Below, piece by piece: positions 49,719 to 62,255 of a stretch of 64,000 nt of DNA. The stretch is from Balanoglossus misakiensis (lineage: Eukaryota > Animalia > Hemichordata), in contig CM082578.2 of the NCBI GenBank assembly GCA_040954595.2, positions 3,702,831 through 3,766,830 on the forward strand, written 5' to 3'. Below the pieces are notes generated by a model. It was not told the origin of the DNA. It saw only the letters and a list, made by a program, of their open reading frames with translations, and did not search any database. The number at the start of each line of letters is the position of its first letter. Within the stretch, counting starts at the first letter, position 1. The translations under genes and the position numbers were made by a program.

Positions 49719-50265
49719 GTGAGTTGCTGTCTCTTCAAGCTATTTTCCACAGAGCCAAACAGTAGATACTAGTATAGTTTGTCATTGTTTTCATGATGTT
49801 AACTGTTATAGAGTTTGAACTTTCGAGATTACATAGGAGAAATGATGGCAATTGAATAATTTGAATATGTGTGTGATTAGAATATGTGTGGGGGGAGTTA
49901 TTAGGTAGGCCGAGGACTCCCTCGCGTATGGTTCTTTGAAACCCCATTGGAACAGGCGAATAAACTGGTGTCGTATTTAAAACCAAAAGATAGGTTTATT
50001 ACGCCTAAACGTTTAACAGAGAAGAGAACGACACGTGCAAGGACGCTTAAAAATCTCGTCAACTACCAGCCTGTTCGAAAAACTAATCTGGCTCCTTCTA
50101 CCCCCAAAAAGTAGCAATTTGTGTATGCAAATACAGTATGAGCGGGAAAAAAACACTCAGCAGTGATTGGGCCCTACTGCAGCATCTCTGGCCGGGCGTC
50201 TACGGGTAGAATCTTCTGCCTTTCGGTTTGTGAAGTGCGGCGTTGGTGTTGTGTCCACAGGTACT

Positions 50266-51175
50266 TCAACGTCGGTACTCCAATCCGTCATCCATCGGAT
50301 TATGATTCGCGATAGAGAGTTCCTTAGAGACGACTTGCAATGGATACAGCTTGTGTATTAGTCTGTTTGTTGGACCATTACCAGTGTCTAGTTTGGCGGA
50401 ACGTGCAAGTTTATCGTTCCCGTAAATAAGCTTGCGTACCGTTCCCAAATGCCATTTCAAGCGTTTGTCGGTATAACTATGGATAATTACAACGTCCCCG
50501 ACTTTGACAACATTGACCCCCCCCCCCCATTGTCTATATTTCCGGTTGCTCCGTGTCTCTCACGGACCGCAGTCAAATACTCAGGCGACCATCTTCGCCA
50601 AAACTGTTCGTGCAGTCTGGACAAGTGTTCATATCTCTTGTTGATTTGGGTGATGTACGTCGGATCAACTGTCTCTTCTTCAGTGACCACTACATGTATA
50701 CGTAGGGTAGCAAGGTCAACATTCTGCCGTGAAGCAGGTGATTTGGGGTCAGCGATGTATTTTCGTTCACACTAGACGAAACATACATTTGTAAGTTAGC
50801 GGTCGGTCATTCATTCAAGACCTTTTCAATTTCAGTCACGACAGTTGCGAGTTCATCGAATGATATCAGCGCACGACCAAGCGTTTTCTTCATAGCTTTT
50901 TTTGTCAGACCAATTAGCCTCTCCCAAGGAGCCGCCGAACAACGGAGCTCGCTTTGGTATATAAACATCCACTATACTCGATGTGCGGCGAGAAAGTCAT
51001 TGACTTCGGGAGGTCGAGCAATTCTTTGATTTCCTCGGCTGTAGACAAATAGGTTGAGGCGTTATCAGATAACATGCGACTAGGCAAAGAGAGCGTCTCG
51101 TGACAAATCTTCTGAACGCGTGCATAAAAAGTCTTTGTTGACATGACTGGCACCAGCTCAAGGTGAACGGCACGC
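50266..51175 (-). pseudogene. BEL/Pao integrase core and C-terminal remnant
   Basis: RAVHLELV, SDNASTY, FWRRWSPEYL and W.LG.V..L..GND...RSA motifs spread over several frames. Confidence 0.8.
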
Positions 51176-53438
51176 GATCTACACTGCCTGGGAATACCTT
51201 TTCTCGTACGCAAAGCGAAAGAACCATCTTCAGTTTTCCTTTTAGTCGATTATAATTTCTTTCCGATCGAACACAGAATATACTGACATTTTGTAAAGCT
51301 TCATAAAATGTACGACGTCAATCGCAGTCTGCCTCCACGAGAGCGAGGATGATTACTGTACACGGCAGTGGTACTTCTATCTTCCGGGCCCAGCTTACGA
51401 GCTGCCCGGTGTTCTGCGCGCGAACTACACTACCTGGGAATACCTTTTCTCGTACGCAAAGCGAAAGAACCATCTTCAGTTTTCCTTTTAGTCGATTATA
51501 ATTTCTTTCCGATCGAACACAGAATATGCCCTGACAATTTGTAAAGCTTCATAAAATGTACGTCAATCGAGGTCTGCCTCCACGAGAGCGAGGATGATTA
51601 CTGTACACGGCAGTGGTACTTCTATCTTCCGGGCCCAGCTTACAAGCTGCCCGGTGTTCTGCGCGCGAACTACACTACCTGGGAATACCTTTTCTCGTAC
51701 GCAAAGCGAAAGAACCATCTTCAGTTTTCCTTTTAGTCGATTATAATTTCTTTCCGATCGAACACAGAATATGCCCTGACAATTTGTAAAGCTTCATAAA
51801 ATGTACGTCAATCGAGGTCTGCCTCCACGAGAGCGAGGATGATTACTGTACACGGCAGTGGTACTTCTATCTTCCGGGCCCAGCTTACAAGCTGCCCGGT
51901 GTTCTGCGCGCGATCTACACTACCTGGGAATACCTTTTCTCGTACGCAAAGCGAAAGAACCATCTTCAGTTTTCCTTTTAGTCGATTATAATTTCTTTCC
52001 GATCGAACACAGAATATACTGACATTTTGTAAAGCTTCATAAAATGAACGACGTCAATCGCAGTCTGCCTCCACGAGAGCGAGGATGATTACTGTACACG
52101 GCAGTGGTACTTCTATCTTCTGGGCCCAGCTTACAAGCTGCCCGGTGTTCTGCGTGCGAACTACACTACCTGGGAATACTTTTTCTCGTACGCAAAGCGA
52201 AAGAACCATCTTCAGTTTTCCTCTCAGTCGATTATAATTTCTTTCCGATCGAACACAGAATATACTGACATTTTGTAAAGCTTCATAAAATGAACGACGT
52301 CAATCGCAGTCTGCCTCCACGAGAGCGAGGATGATTACTGTACACGGCAGTGGTACTTCTATCTTCCGGGCCCAGCTTACAAGGTGCCCGGTGTTCTGTG
52401 CGCGATCTACACTGCCTGGGAATACCTTTTCTCGTACGCAAAGCTGGTCCGTTGAGAAATAGTTTATAGTTATTGGAAGCCCGCCCTCACATACCGGAAA
52501 TGAGCACTTATATGTGACCTCTTATGAACCCTGTTTTTACCGCCATTTCTGTTTACACGTCGTGAACACTGTACGGACACTGTTCCTGTGAAACCTGTTG
52601 GTTTACTGTTTTGTTCGCCGATTTACTGTTCTGGAGTTACAGTGGAGTCTTGCCAAAGAAGTAAGAACTCTTTGCTATTGTTTTTAGATGTTTCAGATGT
52701 TAGATCGTGTTGTTTAGACTGTTCGAGAAATGCTATCAAATATATCAGACTGTCAGTTCAGTTGATTATGGCCGTTTGCACGCCTGTTATCCGTTTTTCA
52801 GTATCGAAAATATGGTCGGTTTTCGTGAATTACTGATAGAGACTGTTGAATCAGTGAATATAGACTGCCTGTTTTCAGATGTTATTCAGAGCGATGGACA
52901 TGAACCGGGCTGTCCGTTTCAGAGGACAATTTCAGTGTTGAATGCAAACAGCTATCTGGCCGTGTCGATTTTGTGTTTAGTTACACGAACGAGGATTGAT
53001 GGTCACGCTTGTGTAGAGGCGTGTTTTGGATTCACTTGTACTTATTGTGAATTGTTGTGATTGTTACGTTTTCAGATCGAATAAAGTAAAGTATCTCAGA
53101 GCGAGTTTATTTTAACTTATACGGTTACCAAGACTCTGCTGCCTGTTGTTTGGTCCACATTCCCTGAGGGTCGCAAAAGCGAAAGAACCATCTTCAGTTT
53201 TCCTCTCAGTCGATTATAATTTCTTTCCGTCCGAACACAGAATATACTGACATTTTGTAAAGCTTCATAAAATGTACGTCAATCGCAGTCTGCCTCCACG
53301 AGAGCGAGGATGATTACTGTACACGGCAGTGGTACTTCTATCTTCCGGGCCCAGCTTACAAGCTGCCTGGTGTTCTGCGCGCGATCTACACTGCCTGGGA
53401 ATACCTTTTCTCGTACGCTAAGCGAAAGAACTATCTTC
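51172..53438. repeat. 245-246-bp tandem satellite, about 6 full copies plus a partial copy, interrupted by a solo LTR
   Basis: tacactRcctgggaataccttttctcgtacgc recurs at 51180, 51426, 51671, 51916, 52162, 52408 and 53387. Confidence 0.9.
52445..53175 (+). mobile_element. Solo LTR, 731 bp
   Basis: TG...CA termini; 5-bp TSD aaagc at 52440-52444 and 53176-53180; AATAAA near 53080. The neighbouring satellite units show the empty site. Confidence 0.8.
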
Positions 53439-53844
53439 GTTGTAGGGAGTTATTTTTCATACCAAACAGTGTAAGAATCCCTAAGTAAGGTTCTAACCAG
53501 GACCGTTCAGTTTTTACGGCTGGGGGCGGCAAAATCCAGGGGAGGTCACTTAAAGTTTGAAGTCCAAAAGGGGGTCATCTTTTTTAAAATCGTTTAGGGG
53601 GAGTCCTCAAAATTGCAGTTTCGCGCCCTTTATTTTACAAACACATTAGAAGATTCTAGGTTTATCACTTCTTTACACCCCATTTGCTGACGTTTTCCGA
53701 TCTCGAACTTGTGACACAGACTTTGGTCGCCGCCATCTTCTCTGTTGTTAGGACAGAGCAATGCCTTATCGAATTGACTGTTCACTAAACGTCTGTGACC
53801 GAGGCTACGGCTGGAACATGGCATTCGTGTGAGACGAGCTACGC

Positions 53845-54058
53845 GCTTTAACGCGGGGAACTTCGTGACGAAGTCAAGCGCTGCATTATGAATTCTACTG
53901 CCACAACGAAGTACTTCATCTTCGTCTACGAACAAGTTCAGTTGTCGGACGATAGGGGCACGTTTACTCAAGTTCAACTTAACAGATTGGACAGTGTCCC
54001 CATAATACTGGTATTGTACAGCTTTAACTTGCTCCACTATCAAATTTGACACAAGCAC
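53845..54058 (-). pseudogene. BEL/Pao pol fragment upstream of the integrase zinc finger
   Basis: PIVRQLNLFVDEDEVLRCGSRIHNA..KFP matches the BEL-type L..L.PF.D..G.LR.GGRL motif. Confidence 0.7.
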
Positions 54059-54059
54059 A

Positions 54060-54678
54060 ATCTACATTTCCACCAGATGACAACCAGCTGTATCTTTCAT
54101 TTTCTCATCGTGACTCTCCCTCAGCCCTGTCTTCGATTGAAACCTGCATTCTCGATATCATGGAATGGATGACCCATAATAAACTCCAGCTCAATGACAG
54201 TAAAACCTGCTTCTGATTCACTCCAAGTTTAACAGCTCACCAGATCCTGTTAACAGTGTCAACATTGGTTCCACTTCTGTCATACCAGTTTAATCTGCTC
54301 GCAATATTGGCATGATCTTCGTACACCTGCAAATCGATCTACAGTCACCTTCGCCGAATTGGATCTATACGACGTTACATCACCAACGAGACTTGCCAAA
54401 TTTTAGTCTAACTTGACTACTGTAACTCACTCCTGCATGGTCTCCCGGAAAACACAATCGCCTTATTACACAAATAGCTCAGAACACTACAGCCAGAATA
54501 GTCATACAAACCTGGAGACTTTCAAAAGAAAACTGAAAACTCATATGTTCAAAAAAGCATACAGTGTGGTTTAACCATGAGCGTCATTGGCACAATTTCT
54601 TGTTTTGGATTTTGGCGCTATATAAACCTTTGTTTGTTTGTTTGTTTGTTTGTTTGTTTGTTTGTTTGTTTGTTTGTT
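54060..54678 (+). mobile_element. 5'-truncated, decayed L2/CR1-clade LINE 3' end with (TTTG)n tail
   Basis: Fragments CILDIMEWMTHNKLQLNDSKT, ARNIG, LDYCNSLLHGLP and FKRKLKTHMF. 3' UTR ...gcgctatataa followed by (tttg)n at 54629-54678. Confidence 0.75.
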
Positions 54679-54679
54679 G

Positions 54680-55900
54680 GTTGTGATTCTGTTCATTCTT
54701 CCGTGCCTTATATAGGTAGGTTTCCGCAACCGCGCGATGAATCGGAGAACGTAAGTTGTCACTCGCAACAACTTATCCAAAGCGTTGAATCGGGAAATAT
54801 CGACCACAGTAAAATTTCCGAAATCATTTCAATCAATTAGTGGCAGTAATTTCCGCTTCAAGAAGTAGTGGTGTCCCTGAGTGGACGCGGAATCTCGGAG
54901 TTTGCGCCGGGTACATGTCAAGTCCGCTTTGTTCAAGAGAGTGTACCGTGTCGGTTTCGTTTGGTACGGTGCCGGAATGTAGTGCGCGTGTATCGACCAC
55001 AGAACTGGGCCATTCATTTGTCGATTTCAATCTGGTAGAAATCACGTGCAGTATGCGCGCGTTCGGATCAGCTGACTTACAGGGAATACGTGCGGGCCCA
55101 GAAAGCAAATAACCAAACTTAGACGATACCGTGGTTGGGCTGTTCGCGCCCGAAATAACATGTGAGCCAACAAAATTCCAATACTGGTCGGCACCATTAG
55201 TACACAGGCCACGATTCATCACTGAAGACTGGATGAGCGAACGGCAAACCCTTCAAGTGACTAAAATTGTGAATTTCGTGGGTGATGATGTTGGTCAAGT
55301 CCGATGATATTTCAGGGGTGATCATTATGTCAATTGTTGGAGTATTCCCGTTTAATTCAAGCTCCGTTAATTCGGTAAACGGCACGGTGCGAACATTTAA
55401 GGATTTGTCACCGAAAGTAGACAGCTTGATGTGTTCATAATGCGTAATTTTTGCAGACATCATGGGAGCAAATTTCTCAGTCACGAATGTTTTGTTTGCT
55501 CCCACATCAAACAATATGACAGCACGAACGGGGGAATTCTTTCCCGCGGACAACGGAACGAACGCGGTCTTGAGTAACACCGGTCCTGGGTTTCGCGGCT
55601 TATCGTCCGGAGATGTAGAGATTTTGGTAAAAGCTACGGTGCGTTTGTTGTGTCTGGGCAGATGACGCGGTCGGTTGACCCCTTGGTCGGAGTCGTTGCG
55701 GTGGCAGCTGTATTATGTTGTAGCGTGGAGTGGTGGCGTTTCTTACAGATTCTGCGGGAGTATTTGGATTTACATTCTTCAACTCTGTGTTTACCCAAGC
55801 AATTAAAGCAAGGTCCGCCTTTCTTGACAATATCTAGTCTCTGATGTGTATTTGTAATCACGGTGCAGTTCGATGCGAAATGTGACCCCTGGCAAAATGG
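54680..55900 (-). pseudogene. BEL/Pao Cys/His cluster, aspartic protease and post-RNase H fragments
   Basis: CFNCLGKHRVEECKSK...CKKRHHSTL; VILFDVGANKTFV; SKFGYLLSGP; ISRFNALDKLLRVTTYVLRF. Confidence 0.8.
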
Positions 55901-55938
55901 AGAGGTCTTAGGCGTGGATCTCGGTTTTTGTTTAGTCC

Positions 55939-56730
55939 TACGGTGGACGATACCGACACTCCTCTGCTAACTTAATCTGCTCTGCTAACTATACCTGCTT
56001 TGCTGTCGACCTGCTCTGCTATGCTAAGTCTGCTCTGCTGAGTTAATCTGCTCTGCTAACATAATCTGCTCAGCTGACTGCTCTACTGTCGACCTGCTCT
56101 GCTATGCTAAGTCTGCTCTACCATGGAGGTACTAGTACCCCCATGGCTCTACTGAGTTAACCGGAAGTACTGGAGTACATTTTATGGATAAGATATTCAC
56201 ATGTGTTTTCTATTATCACTTACCGCTTTCTCCGTTCTCCGGCCGTCCAAATCAGTGTCCGAGTATATAACAACTTCAGCAAGTCCGTGAGACGAGCGTA
56301 TGTTTGTTCGTAAAAATGTACTCCAGTACTTCCGGTTAACTCAGTAGAGCAGACTTAGCATAGCAGAGCAGGTCGACAGTAGAGCAGATAGTTAGCAGAG
56401 CAGATTATGTTAGCAGAGCAGTTTAACTCAGTAGAGCAGACTTAGCATAGCAGAGCAGGTCGACAGTAGAGCAGATAGTTAGCAGAGCAGATTATGTTAG
56501 CAGAGCAGATTAACTCAGCAGAGCAGACTTAGCATAGCAGAGCAGGTCGACAGTAGAGCATAATGACTTAGATATAGTTAGCAGAGCAGATATAGTTAGC
56601 AGAGCAGGTTATGTTAGCAGAGCAGATTAACTCAGCAGAGAGCAGGTCGACAGCAAAGCAGGTAGTTAGCAGAGCAGATTAAGTTAGCAGAGGAGTGTCG
56701 GTATCGTCCACCGTAGTATCGTCCACCGTA
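55939..56730. mobile_element. Foldback-type element with TA termini and internally repetitive arms
   Basis: tacggtggacgataccgacactcctctgctaac at the left, inverted at 56684-56715. Arms are built of short agcagagcaga subrepeats. Inner IR at 56147-56183 and 56313-56349. Confidence 0.8.
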
Positions 56731-56797
56731 TGATTTTGGGTGAAACGCTGCTGTGAATTCAGCGGCCGGGTGTACTGAAGTGTCAGCTATTGACATC

Positions 56798-57735
56798 TCA
56801 CCTGAATGTTTTCCGGTTTGAAGGACGTGTATCTCGTGAAGAATGGCTTTCCTCAGAGCCGCGCGCTAGTGTCCATGGAGAATTGCCGTGGTCTCTCGCG
56901 ATATGTTCTCGTATGTTGGGCGGCAATTTCTCTCGTATCATAGGCACTAAAAGTTCGCCATAAGTGTTTCCTCCTTGCCCAGCGACTGGAGGCCCCGTAC
57001 GTGATTTTAGATACAGTCGTAAAAGTCGTTCAAACTTTGTGCATCTCCGTTTGGTTTCTGTAGATTCCATAACGCGGTCATGTGAGCGTCAACTATGGTA
57101 TGGTTTTGTCCGTACCTTTCTTTGAGCATTTCAGTCGCGTGTGAGTAGTTAGCCTCGGTGAGCGACAGTCCGCCAACGGCTCTCGCTGCTTCGTCTTTCA
57201 GCACACTTCTCAGATAGGTAAACTTCTGAATGTTATCTAAATGGATGTCCGAATCGATCGAGGACTTGAAAACTTCGAAGAAAGATGGCCACTCTATCAC
57301 ATTTCCAGAGACAGTTTGTAGCTGGAGTTTCGGCAATGTTACAGTCTTTTGCTGGGCGGGAGCGTTTGGGTTGACGACGACTGGATTGGCTGTGTTTTGC
57401 ATAGGAGCGGATGTTTCTAGTTTCATTCGATTTCTCCTCATAAATGTTGTGATGCGATGGATTCGATCAAAAATTGATGCTTGGTAATCACCAGAATTTC
57501 GTTTTCTTCATCAAATTGAGCATCGTCTGTCAACTCTAGTATTTTGATTTCAAGATCGGAGAGAAGTCGATACTTGCTTGAAAGTTGATTGCCAGTCCCC
57601 TCTAGTGTGTCGAGTGTATCTGCTTTTTCGATACTTTCGTCTTCAAAATTGTTCAGGAAAGTTTCAGCTCGGTTGAGTAGTCGAGTCAATTGTCCACGTT
57701 GACCACGATGTGATCTCCTGAGCTTCAACAATGGT
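56798..57735 (-). pseudogene. gag: BEL/Pao gag remnant (DUF1759-like), frameshifted
   Basis: LPKLQLQTVSGNVIEWPSFFEVFKSSI...QKFTYLRSVL..EA...LTEANYSHATEMLKERYG; IREKLP. Confidence 0.85.
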
Positions 57736-58667
57736 GCGGCTGCATGATTGATCCTCAGTATGTCCCTCTGCCTTGGCGTTTGATTCCTCTTCCGTTGTGT
57801 TGGCTTCGAGTGTATCCTGGTCTCGGCGCCAAAAAATGTGGGGGATTTATTAGGTAGGCCGTGGACTCCCTCGCGTATGGTTCTTTTAAAATCCACTGGA
57901 ACAGACAACAAATTGGTGTCGTATAAACCAAAAGATTCGGTTTATTGTGTCGACACGTTCAACAGAGAACAGAACGACACGTGCAAGGACGCTTACAAGT
58001 CTTGTCAGCTACAAGCCTATTCGAAAAACTAACGGCTCCTTCTACCCCCACCCCCAAAAGTTGCAATTTGTGTATGCAAATATAGTTTGAGCGGGAAAAA
58101 CACTCAGCAGTGATTGGGTGAAAGTGATAACGGCCAGAACAACATACCTCCTCAGAATCAAAACAAGAACATGAAACTCATTTCTCTAAAATGTGTGTAT
58201 TTTTGCGTTTTCTTATCCCAAAGGTTACACTATGCTGCTAAAAATCACTACCTTTGCACTTCTGGTATTTTGTCAAGTTTGAGTTTTATGTTTTGGTAAC
58301 TAACTTTACCTGCTATATCGTCTGAATTACGAAGCGCAATTTGAGCATGATACTTTACAGCTAACGCTCATTGCAATATCATTCCAACATGTGCCTTACA
58401 GCATAATACACATAGGATGTAGGACATTTATCGGACCCATGCCCATACAAAATTCGACTTTTAATATTCAACGATTTTTAGAAAATAAAGGCAGGGTATG
58501 GCTGCACGGTTAACGATTTTTTCGATAATGCAAACTTTGCAGGTTGGTCATGAGGCCATTCTGTAGCGATCATTATACACCGTATGATGATCACTAAAGA
58601 CACTGTACAGTAATCATTGTAGACATCGTAAACTTCAATAAGCATTGATCAGCGAATCTTTATACAG

Positions 58668-58741
58668 GTATCGCTCAGGTAAATGTGAATGGTTCACTGA
58701 AGACTGTAGTAAACCACTGGGTTTAATGTGCGAGGATAACG
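58668..58741 (+). CDS. Exon: C-type lectin-like domain 2, C-terminal part
   Basis: Acceptor tatacag, donor g|gtaagt. YRSGKCEWFTEDCSKPLGLMCEDN. Phase 2-1. Confidence 0.8.
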
Positions 58742-59182
58742 GTAAGTATATTCAGACAGTCCTTTCCAACACAATTGACCACCTGTGTAATTATGTGGTG
58801 TGTATACATTCAACATATTCCATTATACATGGAACGTAAATAAAATGCATACGCATGGTAAATACATTTATCCGCGTGGAAGGGAGTCACATTGGAAATA
58901 TCAAAATGAATCACGGACCATTATTTGTTGCTTTTGGTAAATGGATAATTCAAACATCTTTGACCCAATTTATGGAAATTCGGTATATTGTCATGCAAAC
59001 ATACATTTCCCTGGGGAGATTATGTTTCAATACATTTGTTGTATTTCATAGAAATTTGGCATTGAATGACAAACATGTCTCTTGAGAGAACGTGTAATAT
59101 ATTCCTGTGCTACTTTAAGTCATGAGTGCATTCGCACTTTTAGAAATTCAATTTATATGCATTTTACATTTGCAACATTCAG

Positions 59183-59253
59183 ATGATGACTTACTTCTGC
59201 TGCGGGAGAGATTGGTCAAGATAAGTGCCGATGAATTCAGAACAGCAGATGGG
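59183..59253 (+). CDS. Exon: linker or GAIN helical region
   Basis: Acceptor attcag, donor ggg|gtaaga. DDLLLLRERLVKISADEFRTADG. Phase 1-0. Confidence 0.65.
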
Positions 59254-59419
59254 GTAAGAAAGGTGTCAAACATTTGAGACTGATGTAGTTCACTGTATTG
59301 TATAAAGCCACGGGTTAGTGAAATGCACTTAAACGTACTATTTTGTTGACATCTAAAGCTACATACTAAATGATTCCATATAAAGCCACGTACTAAATTA
59401 TTGTCTTCTCTTTTTCCAG

Positions 59420-59510
59420 GGTATTAGTGTAATTGACAAGTTGGACACGTTAACCTCTGACCTTTCGAAGGAAAGTGTTATATTTGAAGGAACAATTCTG
59501 TTTGCAAAAG
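59420..59510 (+). CDS. Exon: GAIN helical region
   Basis: Strong pyrimidine tract plus ccag, donor g|gtattg. GISVIDKLDTLTSDLSKESVIFEGTILFAK. Phase 0-1. Confidence 0.7.
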
Positions 59511-59957
59511 GTATTGTTATATGTTGTTGTTTTAACCAAGATGATTATGTGACATCGGTTTCCATCACAACACCGTCCGCATTCAATATCATCCAATGAT
59601 GTAAATAGGATACTCGTATCAGACGCAGAAAAAATAGCACCTTGCAATTATTGAGCGCATCGAAAATGCGTTCATTGGTTTCCACAAATCATGCAAATTA
59701 TCGGTGACCGTCAGATACCTTACATGTAGCTAAGAGAAACTTTTAGAATTGGACGGGTCCAACTGTTGAATGATACGCTGAATTCGAAGTGGGAAGATAG
59801 GTCTCCATTATCTCTTCAAAATTTTCCCCTCATCATTTTCCCCCAATGGTTACAAGAAATGAAACTCACTTCAGATTTTTCGGGCATTGGTGTAAAGCCG
59901 AGACTGACAGTCAGACAGAGTAAAAAACCTTTTAATGCCAATGATTACACATTTCAG

Positions 59958-60292
59958 AAACACTGAATGTCATGCAAAAAGTGATTGACAGAATGCAGAA
60001 CCTAATTGACACCAATCCGAGCGAGAAGCTGAATCCTGGGCAGGCAAACCACATGACAAAGATAACAACGAAAGTATTCGACCAGTTATCAATGTTAATA
60101 CTGAACGAGTCTAATTATGGACACGGACCAATCATCGTGAACACTTCTTCTCTTGTGCTGCATCTGGAAAAGAACTTTGTGCAGGACTTGTGCGACACCA
60201 ATGTAATGATTGGAGATGGAAGTGGATTCAATATTCCACCAGTAGACAGTATGTTTCCACAATTGCCGCGGGACTCAGTCTTGAACAGGATG
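59958..60292 (+). CDS. Exon: GAIN domain region
   Basis: Acceptor tttcag, donor atg|gtttgt. Overlaps ORF 59972 (PIIVNTSSLVLHLEK...FNIPP). Phase 1-0. Confidence 0.8.
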
Positions 60293-60572
60293 GTTTGTAT
60301 ACAAGTCGATAATCAGAAGACAATCTCACTTTCGTTTTCTATCGTACATTGCTCTATTCTGTTATATTGATATTTGTCTAACTGTTGATCTTTAGGCCAG
60401 TCAAGTCATTATGGGAATGAATTATACGCTGATATTTGCATCGAGTTAGTGCATCTGTTGTCATATTTTACAAAATAAGTCCATAAACATTTTTAATTAT
60501 GATCTTTGGTTTAATGTACGATTGCGTTGTTGTCACAATGCATTCAGATGCTCGAGGAATATTTTTTTGTAG

Positions 60573-60681
60573 ATTTTCCGTTTTGGTGGGAACCCCCACG
60601 GATTGGCAAATAAGACACATGGCTTCACTACCGATATACTGTCCCTGGAATTCAGAGATGAAGATGGTAATGAGATAAAAG
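60573..60681 (+). CDS. Exon: GAIN domain region
   Basis: Acceptor tttgtag, donor g|gttggt. IFRFGGNPHG...ILSLEFRDEDGNEIK resembles the polycystin NP..SL.F.D..G..I.V motif. Phase 0-1. Confidence 0.8.
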
Positions 60682-61061
60682 GTTGGTTTTCATTAACGCC
60701 ATCAGTGGCGTCCTAACATTCGCATGGAACTCTCAAAAATACTTAGAAATCTTTGGAAATGACGTGCATTTCGGTTATAGATTGGGCTTGGGCATCAGCA
60801 GTGTCATAATGAAATACTTAATATTGTGGATATAATCAGTTACGGAGAAATACATCATTTTACTAGTTAATGTGGCACCATTAAAACTAGATTGAAATGG
60901 CTCATATCTTTTTTAACAACTGTACACAGAAAGCCAGCGATGTATTAGTATAACAATGCTCGCTCATATTTTCATCGTGCGGGCGGAACTCGAGTAATGG
61001 CCCAATTGTGAGTTTAGTGTTGACATCAGTTTGAATTATCACAGAATATTTTCATTTTCAG

Positions 61062-61186
61062 TGAAAAATGCATCAGAGGATCTCGGCGTATGGCTTGGTA
61101 ATGTTCAGACACCTATAAATGAAAGCACCGTCTCCGGATTGTACGTGGACAGTGAATCAGTCACCCACTATGCATTGGCAGTAACG
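61062..61186 (+). CDS. Exon: GAIN domain region
   Basis: Acceptor ttttcag, donor acg|gtaaac. VKNASEDLGVWL...HYALAVT. Phase 1-0. Confidence 0.75.
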
Positions 61187-61534
61187 GTAAACCTCAAACA
61201 CTATATACAACTAAGCGACTTTTGCATGTTAGCAACTCTACTCTTTGAAAGTACCATCAAACAACCCATCTTGGAGTGATGCTCAGCCCCCCGGGGGGGG
61301 GGGGTAAAGCCCTATGTAAAAGCGCACAAATCATAACCATGGGGATTTATTTCTTAGCATGCAGCATGAACCATGCAATCACCATCCTCTCTGTCATCAT
61401 GATCCCAGATGTGATGCCCAATGACACAACACGTGAATGTAACTCGCAAAACCAAACACAGCCAAGGTTTACCTCAAAAAGTTCATTTGTGCCAATTGTT
61501 GAGTTCATTTTGTATTGATCTCTTATCGTTGTAG

Positions 61535-61763
61535 GCACTATCAAGGTTCTTTGCAATGCAAATCACCATGGAAACATCAGCGCCTGTCTTCGAGACAACT
61601 ACAGCATACGTGTCACTGGAAAGACCTGACGCTGTCGGTGGCAACGTTGGTTTCCATTATGTAACTGACTTGGTATTTGCAGGGTGTACATCATCCATAT
61701 TTCTACCTGAAGCAAATATCACCAGGACGGGCTTGTATTACATAGTCTTTGACCTTACCAGTG
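61535..61763 (+). CDS. Exon: GAIN domain region
   Basis: Acceptor ttgtag, donor g|gtaaga. ...SIFLPEANITRTGLYYIVF resembles the polycystin G.YY motif. Phase 0-1. Confidence 0.8.
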
Positions 61764-62255
61764 GTAAGATTGTGGAATATTTTCATGATTAATGCAACTA
61801 TTGTACAATGATCCTTGATTAAAATATATATAGTTTTTCTTACCTTTTTGGCTGTTCATGTTACTGTTAATTTCAAAAATCAACATGCATATGTAGAAAG
61901 TTATGCTACAATCTTGCGGTTGTAATATAGAGCTGCCATTTGTTTTTTAATTTTACTATTCAACTTAGACCGGTCCATCTAAATATGCTTACCAATTTAT
62001 ACATTTACATCTTGTTGATGCCAGATTATGACTGTATGTTGCAATTTGAACAAGCGATAACGGCCGCTGAACCCGTTCAATCGTCCTGCATACACAAGTG
62101 TACACAAAACACATGGTATGCGTCCTGTATTTCTTTTGCCATTAGCAATATCAGTAAAAAAATGTTAATGAATGTCATTGTCTGGGTGCACACTACCAGT
62201 TGATTTTATATGGAATCGGTTAATGTAACTGTTCTGTATTTCTTTTTCTCTGCAG

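Larger units (their letters stand above)
49887..58144 (-). mobile_element. Decayed BEL/Pao LTR retrotransposon with nested insertions
   Basis: Diverged LTRs at 49887-50171 (truncated) and 57837-58144. PBS TGGCGCCGAGACCAGG. Remnants of BEL gag, Cys/His cluster, protease and integrase. RT/RNase H not seen. No TSD found. Confidence 0.85.

Noticed and set aside
61276-61518. ORF or extra exon within the GAIN region
   Set aside because: Its phase is incompatible with the flanking exons, which join in frame without it (61186 to 61535).
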